Part shown: positions 57,455-64,000 of the stretch, piece by piece | Position numbering within the stretch: position 1 is the first letter of the stretch | How the letters are laid out: each line of letters starts with the position of its first letter | Source of the DNA: Natronospirales bacterium | Lineage (GTDB): Bacteria; Pseudomonadota; Gammaproteobacteria; Natronospirales; REEB76 | DNA: 64,000 nucleotides | Direction of reading: 5' to 3' | Assembly: GCA_021792635.1 (NCBI GenBank) | Contig: JAJYUH010000001.1 | Location: 280,710-344,709, forward strand | The notes under the pieces: model-generated | The model's database searches: none | What the model was told of the DNA's origin: nothing | Seen by the model: only the letters and a program-made list of their open reading frames with translations | Position numbers and translations under genes: made by a program

Positions 57455-58324
57455 ATGTCGGAACCTAAAGTGGATGAGACAACCTCATACCAAGAAGCAA
57501 CAGTTGTTTGCCCATTATGTGGGGATAATAATTTCTTATTATGGGCAACAGAGAATGGATATCGTGCGGTAAAGTGTTCGAATTGCGGCTTGATTTATGT
57601 CAATCCCCGTCCCCCACTTCAGACAATTGCTGAAGCCATTCGTACTGGCGTACACAGGGAAGAACTGTTAAATCTCAATGTTGTTGCCAGGCGCATTCCC
57701 GGTAAGGTTGCGCACTATAAAAGGATAATATCTGAAATGTTTGCTGATATATTTAGAAAAAACCAATCGATATGCTGGCTGGATGTTGGTGCTGGTTATG
57801 GAGAGATAGTTGAAGCGATTTCTGATATTGCACCGACTGGTAGTCGTATTGAAGGAATAGAGCCGATGAAGCCCAAGGTTTATCAAGCAATTTCTAGAGG
57901 ACTTTTGATAAAGGAAGGTTATATTACTGACATAAATAATAAATATAATTATATATCGATTATCAATGTGTTTTCTCACATCCCGGATTTTAGGTTGTTT
58001 CTTCAAGATATTAAGAAAGTGATGTTACCTCACGCGGAAATCCTAATTGAGACTGGCAATGCAGCGGATGTTGGTGAAAGGAAACATTTTCCTGGCGAGC
58101 TGAATTTGCCGGATCATTTGGTTTTTGCTGGCGAAGAACATATCCGACGCTATCTTGCAGAGAGTGGTTTTGAACTTCTAGCAATAAAACGCCTGCGAAT
58201 TGATGATATTGGCTGGTTTATGAAAAATACCATCAAATCCATTATTGGCCGGCGGGTGGCATTAAGATTGCCTTATACATCACCAAGTCGAACACTTTTA
58301 TTTCGGGCTCGCCTAGTGGCGTGA
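57455..58324 (+). CDS. class I SAM-dependent methyltransferase with N-terminal zinc ribbon
   Basis: 'CPLCG...CSNCGLIYVNP' plus motif I 'WLDVGAGYGEIVEAI'. 289 aa. Most AT-rich gene in the window by eye. Confidence 0.6.
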   Translation: MSEPKVDETTSYQEATVVCPLCGDNNFLLWATENGYRAVKCSNCGLIYVNPRPPLQTIAEAIRTGVHREELLNLNVVARRIPGKVAHYKRIISEMFADIFRKNQSICWLDVGAGYGEIVEAISDIAPTGSRIEGIEPMKPKVYQAISRGLLIKEGYITDINNKYNYISIINVFSHIPDFRLFLQDIKKVMLPHAEILIETGNAADVGERKHFPGELNLPDHLVFAGEEHIRRYLAESGFELLAIKRLRIDDIGWFMKNTIKSIIGRRVALRLPYTSPSRTLLFRARLVA

Positions 58325-58382
58325 GCACCTATATTTGGTGATAGTTTGCGCTTTAGCACCTAAGGATGTAGATATCGTGTCA

Positions 58383-59402
58383 ATGAATAAATACATAATC
58401 CTCGTAACCGGCGGCACCGGCTCGTTTGGCAAGACGGTTACAGAATATCTCCTTAAACGCGGTTGTCCTGAAATACGGGTGTTCAGCCGGGATGAAGACA
58501 AACAGAACAGCATGCGGATTGCCATGCATGACCCCCGGGTTAAATTTTACCTTGGCGATGTGCGGAATCGGGACAGCGTTGACAAGGTTATGAAAGGCGT
58601 GGATTACGTATTCCACGCGGCGGCCCTGAAGCAGGTGCCTTCCTGTGAGTTCTTTCCGATGGAAGCGGTGCGCACGAACGTTGTAGGTAGTACGAACGTC
58701 CTGGATTCTGCCATCGAACACGGCGTCAAGGGCGTGGTTTGTCTGAGCACCGACAAAGCGGTATATCCCATCAATGCCATGGGCATGTCAAAAGCACTGA
58801 TGGAGAAAGTCGCGCAGGCCACTTCACGCAACACGCCGGTGGGCGGCACCATTATTTCGTGCGTGCGCTATGGAAACGTGATGTATTCACGGGGCTCCGT
58901 GATTCCCCTTTTCATTAAACAGCTAAAAGAAGGTATGTCGCTCACCGTCACCGAGCCGGACATGACACGTTTCATGCTGGCACTCACGGACGCGGTTGAT
59001 CTGGTGGAATATGCCTTCCAGAATGCGCGGCCGGGAGACGTCTTTGTGCGCAAGGCCCCTGCCTGCACCATTGGCGATCTGATCAAGGCGCTCAAGAAGC
59101 TTTTCAAAGCCGATAATCCGGTCAAGATCATCGGCATGCGTCATGGCGAAAAGCTTTACGAAACACTCGTAAATGCGGAGGAACGTCTGCGCGCCGACGA
59201 CTTGGGTGAGTATTACCGTATCCGCATGGATGACCGGGATTTGAATTATGCGAAGTACTTTTCAGAAGGAGAACCACAGGAAGCGGCGACCGAGGACTAT
59301 CATTCCCATAATACGCGCCGTCTCAGCGTAAACGAGATTGAAGAGCTGCTCTTGAAATTGCCGGAAGTCCAGCAGGAGCTGGCCGCATGGCAGGCGCATT
59401 GA
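58383..59402 (+). CDS. fnlA: UDP-N-acetylglucosamine 4,6-dehydratase/5-epimerase (FnlA/CapE/WbjB)
   Basis: Long collinear identity by eye to S. aureus Cap5E: 'LVTGGTGSFG', 'VDYVFHAAALKQVPSCEFFPMEAV', 'CLSTDKAVYPINAMGMSKALMEKV'. Confidence 0.9.
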   Translation: MNKYIILVTGGTGSFGKTVTEYLLKRGCPEIRVFSRDEDKQNSMRIAMHDPRVKFYLGDVRNRDSVDKVMKGVDYVFHAAALKQVPSCEFFPMEAVRTNVVGSTNVLDSAIEHGVKGVVCLSTDKAVYPINAMGMSKALMEKVAQATSRNTPVGGTIISCVRYGNVMYSRGSVIPLFIKQLKEGMSLTVTEPDMTRFMLALTDAVDLVEYAFQNARPGDVFVRKAPACTIGDLIKALKKLFKADNPVKIIGMRHGEKLYETLVNAEERLRADDLGEYYRIRMDDRDLNYAKYFSEGEPQEAATEDYHSHNTRRLSVNEIEELLLKLPEVQQELAAWQAH

Positions 59403-59433
59403 ATAGGGCGTGCCTTTCCGGAGACGCCAAGTA

Positions 59434-60546
59434 ATGCGGACAGTGGCCATAACCGGTGCGGGGGGGTTTCTGGCTTGGCATTTACGCTGCCGGCTGCATG
59501 CCTTGGGCTGGCGTGCGCCGTTACTGTTGAACCGCGAGATATGGTCCGACGTTGAACGGCGCCGTGATTTGCTTCGGCAAGCAGACGTAGTGGTGCATCT
59601 TGCCGGGGTCAATCGTGCAAATCCGGATGAGGTCGAGCAAGGCAATATCAAGCTCGCCAAGGAACTGGCCGAAGCGCTGGACACAGCCGGCGTGAAGCCG
59701 CAAGTGGTGTATGCGTCCACGACTCACATCGAGCGCGGAACCGCCTATGGTTTGGGGAAACGCCGTGCCGGCGAGATTCTCGGCGAATGGGCTGGACGAA
59801 ATCACGCGACGTTTGCCAATCTGGTCATACCGCATGTATTCGGTGAACAATGCCGGCCTTTCTATAATTCCGCGGCGGCCACTTTCTGTTATCAGATCGC
59901 CAACGGTCAGGAGCCGATTGTCGAAAACAACGGCCAGCTTGAGCTCCTGCACGCCCAGGATGTTTGCACGGCGATCATGCGGGCGATTGAAGGTTGCGTC
60001 AATGACAGTATCCGGCTCACAGGCCATCCGATCACGGTTGTCGAGATGCTCGATCAGGTGCGGTCGCTGGACAGGAGCTATCGCAACAACATTATTCCCG
60101 ACCTTCGCGATCGCTTCACATTGCAACTTTTCAACACCTATCGCGGGTATCTGTTCCCGAAACACTATCCTGTACGACTGAAATTGCACACCGATAATCG
60201 AGGTGGATTGTTTGAGGCCGTAAAGGGCGACAACGGCGGTCAGGCGTTTCTTTCCACAACAAAGCCGGGTATCACACGCGGCAACCATTACCATATCAAC
60301 AAAGTTGAGCGGTTCCTGGTTGTTGAAGGTGAAGCCGTTATCAAGGTCCGCAAGCTGTTCAATGACGAAATACATGAATTCATGGTCAGCGGCGCAGCCC
60401 CGGTGTATATAGACATGCCGACGCTGCATACGCACAATATCACCAACACGGGTTCCGGAACACTGCTCACGATGTTCTGGAGTCATGAAATATTCGACCC
60501 GACAAATCCGGATACCGTCCGTGAGCCGGTTCAACATCAGGGATAG
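59434..60546 (+). CDS. fnlB: UDP-2-acetamido-2,6-dideoxy-hexulose reductase/epimerase (FnlB/CapF/WbjC)
   Basis: N-terminal SDR 'ITGAGGFLAWHL...VHLAGVNR' and C-terminal cupin 'KPGITRGNHYHINKVERFLVVEG'. Matches Cap5F organisation. Confidence 0.85.
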   Translation: MRTVAITGAGGFLAWHLRCRLHALGWRAPLLLNREIWSDVERRRDLLRQADVVVHLAGVNRANPDEVEQGNIKLAKELAEALDTAGVKPQVVYASTTHIERGTAYGLGKRRAGEILGEWAGRNHATFANLVIPHVFGEQCRPFYNSAAATFCYQIANGQEPIVENNGQLELLHAQDVCTAIMRAIEGCVNDSIRLTGHPITVVEMLDQVRSLDRSYRNNIIPDLRDRFTLQLFNTYRGYLFPKHYPVRLKLHTDNRGGLFEAVKGDNGGQAFLSTTKPGITRGNHYHINKVERFLVVEGEAVIKVRKLFNDEIHEFMVSGAAPVYIDMPTLHTHNITNTGSGTLLTMFWSHEIFDPTNPDTVREPVQHQG

Positions 60547-60549
60547 CAG

Positions 60550-61692
60550 ATGAAACGCCTGAAAGTGATAACCATTCTTGGCACGCGACCGGAGATTATT
60601 CGATTGTCGCGAGTCATGGCGGCGCTCGACCGTTATACCGATCACAAGATCGTACACACCGGACAAAACTACGATTACGAACTGAACGAGGTGTTTTTCA
60701 AGGAGCTGGAGATACGAACACCGGATGTGTTCCTGAACGTCGATACTAGCAGCCTCGGGACGGTGCTTGGCAATATCCTTATCTCCATCGAGAAGGTATT
60801 TCGCGAGGATCGGCCGGATGCCGTGCTGATCCTGGGCGACACGAACAGTTCCATTGCAGCCATCATGGCCAAACGCATGAAGATTCCCGTGTATCACATG
60901 GAAGCCGGCAACCGCTGCTTCGACCCGAACGTTCCTGAAGAAACAAATCGCAAGATCGTGGACCGCATCAGTGATTTCAATCTTGTCTATACGGAACATG
61001 CCCGCAGACATCTTCTCTCAGAAGGCCTGCCGCATCGCAGAATTTATCTGACAGGGTCGCCCATGCGCGAGGTGCTGGATCATTACCGGGAGAAGATAGA
61101 ATCCTCAGATGCACTTACACGTCTTGCGCTCAAGCCACGGCAGTTCGTTCTCGTCAGCATGCACCGGGAGGAAAATGTGGATGACAGAGGGAGTCTGCTG
61201 AAGCTGCTGGATGCGCTGGCTGGCTTGCATGGGAAGTATAAATACCCGGTTATTATCTCCACCCACCCGCGAACCCATCAGCGGATGGAGGCGCTTGAAG
61301 ACTATAAACCATCAGATGGCTTGCGTTTTGTGAAGCCATTTGGCTTCCTTGATTACATTAAATTGCAGACCCAGGCGTTCTGCGTGGTGTCTGACAGCGG
61401 CACTATCAGTGAGGAGTCGTCTATTCTGGGGTTCCCAGCTATTACCGCACGTAATGCCATGGAACGCCCGGAGGCGCTCGATGCCGGCGGCATCATACTG
61501 ACTGGACTGGATTGTGATGTCATTCTTCAGGCTGTTGAAGTGGTGACCGATCAAAATAAACGTGGCGTCCGGGCTCCGCTGCCCGATGAATACGCGATGA
61601 CCAACGTTTCCCAACGCGTGGTGAACCTGATCCTTGGTACCGCCAGGCTGAGCAATGCCTGGGACGGTCTGCTGCGTCACGATTACGATTGA
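60550..61692 (+). CDS. fnlC: non-hydrolysing UDP-HexNAc 2-epimerase (FnlC/CapG/WbjD)
   Basis: 'GTRPEIIRLS', 'HTGQNYDY', 'ILGDTNS', 'HMEAGNRCFD.NVPEE.NRKIVD' are collinear with Cap5G. Confidence 0.9.
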   Translation: MKRLKVITILGTRPEIIRLSRVMAALDRYTDHKIVHTGQNYDYELNEVFFKELEIRTPDVFLNVDTSSLGTVLGNILISIEKVFREDRPDAVLILGDTNSSIAAIMAKRMKIPVYHMEAGNRCFDPNVPEETNRKIVDRISDFNLVYTEHARRHLLSEGLPHRRIYLTGSPMREVLDHYREKIESSDALTRLALKPRQFVLVSMHREENVDDRGSLLKLLDALAGLHGKYKYPVIISTHPRTHQRMEALEDYKPSDGLRFVKPFGFLDYIKLQTQAFCVVSDSGTISEESSILGFPAITARNAMERPEALDAGGIILTGLDCDVILQAVEVVTDQNKRGVRAPLPDEYAMTNVSQRVVNLILGTARLSNAWDGLLRHDYD

Positions 61693-61720
61693 CTAAGCCG
61701 AGACGGAATCGGCGTCGTTA

Positions 61721-62965
61721 ATGCGCATCCTCGCGATACACCGTTATTACTGGCCCGATACGCCGCCATACGCTTCGATGCTGCGGGCGATCGCAGAAAC
61801 GTTGGTTACGAGTGGGCATGAAGTCACCGTATTTACCACACAACCCTCATATAAACCTGGATTTCGCATCCCGAGACAAAGACGCGATGAAATAATGAGC
61901 GGGGTGCGTATCCTGCGTATGGGCCTCCTTCCAGAGATGAAGAAGAACATACTGCTGCGCGCGCTCAATCTCGCGCTCTTCATGGCAGGTATTATGGCTC
62001 ACGTCGTCTTTCGGCGTCGGTATGATGCCATCATGGCCTCTACGGCTCCCGCGGTTATGGTTGGGTTGGCCGCGCGGTGGGTTGCAAGGCTTACGGGCGC
62101 GCGGTTCGTGTATCACTGCCAGGATATACACCCGGAACTCGGCCGTTTGTCCGGGCATTTTCGCAATCAACTCGTGTACCAATCACTCTTGGGCATCGAT
62201 TCCGCGAACTGCAATGCCGCCGTGGCGGTCGTAGTGTTGTCCACGGACATGCGTGCGGCAATTCAGGCACGGATAGGTTACATCGGCAAGGACAACATTC
62301 ATGTCATCAACAATTTCAGCCTGCCAGTGTTCCCCGGCGCAGAAACGTATGGAATCCAGCCGAAGCTGGCAGAGGAACTGTTGCCGCCTTCAGACAGGAT
62401 GCGGATGATATTCGCCGGGAACATTGGCCGCTTCCAGGGCCTGGATGTGATACTCGATGCTTTCCAGACTGCAAAACATCGTGCGGCTATGGAGCTGGTG
62501 TTCTTGGGTGAAGGGTCGGAACTTGACAGGCTGCAGGATAAAGTGACCGCTGCGAAGTTGCGTGATGTTCGCTTCATCCCGCACCAGCCCGTGGATGTCG
62601 CGAAAACATTGATTGAAAGATGTGATCTTTGCCTGGTAAGCCTCATACCCCACATATACAAATACGCCTATCCGAGCAAGACGATGACCTGTCTGGAACT
62701 CGGCAAACCAATTCTTGCCATTGTGGAACCGGACAGCGAACTCGCGCGATTCGTGACAGACAACGAGATTGGTTATGCAGCATCGCTGGAAGACGTCGGT
62801 TCGATTGCTCGGACGATGGATATGGCATGGGAGCACCGTGCAGCTTTGTCCGTGATGGCGTCTAACGCCAGCCGCATCTGGGCAGCGACTTACAGTCCGG
62901 AAAATGTGCTCCCAAGATGGGCCGAACTGTTCGGCCGAATCCAGGGGAATGCCCGGAATGTATAA
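61721..62965 (+). CDS. GT4 glycosyltransferase, WbuB-like (putative L-FucNAc transferase)
   Basis: 'MRILAIHRYYWPDTPPYASML' N-terminus is typical of WbuB-type enzymes. Lies immediately after fnlABC, as in L-FucNAc-containing O-antigen loci. Confidence 0.7.
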   Translation: MRILAIHRYYWPDTPPYASMLRAIAETLVTSGHEVTVFTTQPSYKPGFRIPRQRRDEIMSGVRILRMGLLPEMKKNILLRALNLALFMAGIMAHVVFRRRYDAIMASTAPAVMVGLAARWVARLTGARFVYHCQDIHPELGRLSGHFRNQLVYQSLLGIDSANCNAAVAVVVLSTDMRAAIQARIGYIGKDNIHVINNFSLPVFPGAETYGIQPKLAEELLPPSDRMRMIFAGNIGRFQGLDVILDAFQTAKHRAAMELVFLGEGSELDRLQDKVTAAKLRDVRFIPHQPVDVAKTLIERCDLCLVSLIPHIYKYAYPSKTMTCLELGKPILAIVEPDSELARFVTDNEIGYAASLEDVGSIARTMDMAWEHRAALSVMASNASRIWAATYSPENVLPRWAELFGRIQGNARNV

Positions 62966-63812
62966 ACCGGTTGTCATTATCGGGGCACCGCGCTCTGGCA
63001 CCAACATGTTGCGCGATACGCTCACCGTTATGCCTGGAGTGGGTTCCTGGCCCTGCGATGAGATCAACTACATATGGAGGCATGGGAATCTGCATCACCC
63101 ATCCGATGAGTTTAAGCCGGAGATGGCGACGGATCGGATACGGCGGTACATAAGAGGGCGGTTCGATGATCTGGCAAAGAAAGGTCCATTCGAGTTTGTA
63201 GTCGAGAAGACGTGCGCGAACTGCCTGCGGGTAGGTTACGTGGATCGGGTACTGCCGGAGGCAACCTATATCTACATCGTGAGAGACGGCCTTGACGTTG
63301 TCGCTTCAGCTATACAACGCTGGCATGCGTCACTTGATCTCCGATATGTGCTGGCAAAAGCAAGATTTGTCCCATGGCAGGACGTACCCTATTACGCATC
63401 ACGGTATCTTGGAAACCACATACACAGACTTCTCTCCAGGGAGAAACGGCTGGCCTTCTGGGGACCAAAAATGGATTCGATGGACGAAATCCTGTCGAGA
63501 TATTCAATTGATGAAGTGTGCGCTTTGCAATGGAAGGCATGTATAGAGGCATCGGATGAGTTCTTTTCGCGGCATGCGCAGGATAGAGTCATCCGTGTGA
63601 GTTATGAATCGTTCGTGCGCGAACCGCGGGTCGAACTGGAGAGGATATGCGGGTTCACCGGCATAAGGTTCGATGCGGAAGCGGCAAGTAACCAGTTGAA
63701 AGGCATATCCGCCGGTAGCATTGGCAAGGGCAGGCGACAGTTCAATCAGGCGGCAATCGAAAGATTAACAAGGCTAATCGGTGCAACGTTGCATGGACAT
63801 GGATATATATAG
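62958..63812 (+). CDS. PAPS-dependent sulfotransferase
   Basis: 5'-PSB loop 'IIGAPRSGTNMLRDTL' and 3'-PB motif 'YIVRDGLDVVAS'. ATG 62958 overlaps the upstream gene by 8 nt. Confidence 0.75.
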   Translation: MYKPVVIIGAPRSGTNMLRDTLTVMPGVGSWPCDEINYIWRHGNLHHPSDEFKPEMATDRIRRYIRGRFDDLAKKGPFEFVVEKTCANCLRVGYVDRVLPEATYIYIVRDGLDVVASAIQRWHASLDLRYVLAKARFVPWQDVPYYASRYLGNHIHRLLSREKRLAFWGPKMDSMDEILSRYSIDEVCALQWKACIEASDEFFSRHAQDRVIRVSYESFVREPRVELERICGFTGIRFDAEAASNQLKGISAGSIGKGRRQFNQAAIERLTRLIGATLHGHGYI

Positions 63813-63824
63813 AGACCGTTGCGT

Positions 63825-64000
63825 ATGACTCAGTGGGATTCCTTCGTTAAACGGGCATTCGATGTCGTCTGTGCGGCGATTGGGCTTATCCTGTTCGGCT
63901 GGCTGATCCTGCTGGCTTGGGGGGTCATGACATTGGACACCGGATGCAACGGCATGTTCGTACAGGTCAGGGTCGGCCGCTACGGCCGTCTTTTCAAGGT
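63825..64000 (+). CDS. initiating polyprenyl-phosphate sugar-phosphate transferase (bacterial sugar transferase family), 3'-truncated by window edge
   Basis: 'FVKRAFDVVCAAIGLILFGWLILLAW...MFVQVRVGRYGRLFK' is the canonical N-terminal reentrant helix plus 'Q.R.G..G..F' block. Confidence 0.7.
   Translation, partial: MTQWDSFVKRAFDVVCAAIGLILFGWLILLAWGVMTLDTGCNGMFVQVRVGRYGRLFK

Noticed and set aside
59521-61011. 496-aa stop-free minus-strand ORF in the moderate-GC fnlB/fnlC region (also 46315-47430 antisense to wbpD/wbpE, and 45281-46129).
   Set aside because: The sense-strand products align collinearly by eye with Cap5F/Cap5G (and WbpB/D/E-type enzymes). The antisense translation has no recognisable domain. 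It is noted only because its length is somewhat surprising at this GC level.
1-64000. Search for tRNA/rRNA genes, CRISPR repeats, IS elements, integrases and prophage genes.
   Set aside because: By eye I found no cloverleaf-compatible conserved tRNA boxes in intergenic regions, no regularly spaced direct repeats, and no DDE transposase or tyrosine/serine recombinase motifs in any ORF. Only computational scans (tRNAscan-SE, Infernal, ISfinder) would confirm their absence.

Overview
High-GC proteobacterial chromosomal window (probably beta/gamma; taxon not determinable from sequence alone), densely coding. I recognised no rRNA, tRNA, CRISPR array, transposase or integrase. There are four blocks. 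(1) 8-17120: a near-complete aryl-polyene (APE)/flexirubin-type type II PKS-like lipid-pigment cluster. It holds a PPTase, a KS-like chain-length factor, a PAP2-like protein, an LPLAT acyltransferase, 2 ACPs, an adenylating ligase, 2 hotdog dehydratases, a KR, 2 KS, a GT2-LpxL fusion, a thioesterase and a LolA-like/MMPL/lipoprotein export module. Most genes are translationally coupled, and an MIO-type aromatic/histidine ammonia-lyase is inserted in the middle. (2) 17.1-33.5 kb: mixed genes. These are a PIG-L deacetylase, a secreted HKD (Nuc/PLD-like) protein, a FecR-domain protein coupled to a zinc-ribbon membrane protein, a lipoprotein, DedA, two c-di-GMP enzymes, a three-gene KorC/KorA/KorB-type 2-oxoacid oxidoreductase and an MFS transporter. 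(3) 33.5-38.2 kb: a toxin-antitoxin-rich islet around ssb. It contains a Phd-VapC cassette bounded by 18-bp perfect inverted repeats, a wHTH-nucleotidyltransferase plus HEPN-like pair with a palindromic operator/promoter, and decayed MazE-like and YoeB-like fragments. (4) 38.2-64.0 kb: a Wzx/Wzy-type surface-polysaccharide locus. It has two tandem mosaic Wzz-like paralogues, an embedded PAPS-synthesis module (cysD, cysN-cysC fusion), WbpA/B/D/E-like and FnlA/B/C-like nucleotide-sugar pathways, a visibly AT-richer core of tailoring genes, a sulfotransferase and a truncated initiating sugar transferase at the window edge. The most checkable candidates for new biology are the PAPS-synthesis/sulfotransferase pairing (a predicted sulfated glycan), the ammonia-lyase with a non-canonical selectivity dyad inside the APE cluster, and the IR-bounded TA cassette splitting a normally adjacent MFS-ssb pair. 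All family calls rest on motif and by-eye similarity recognition. No database search was run.
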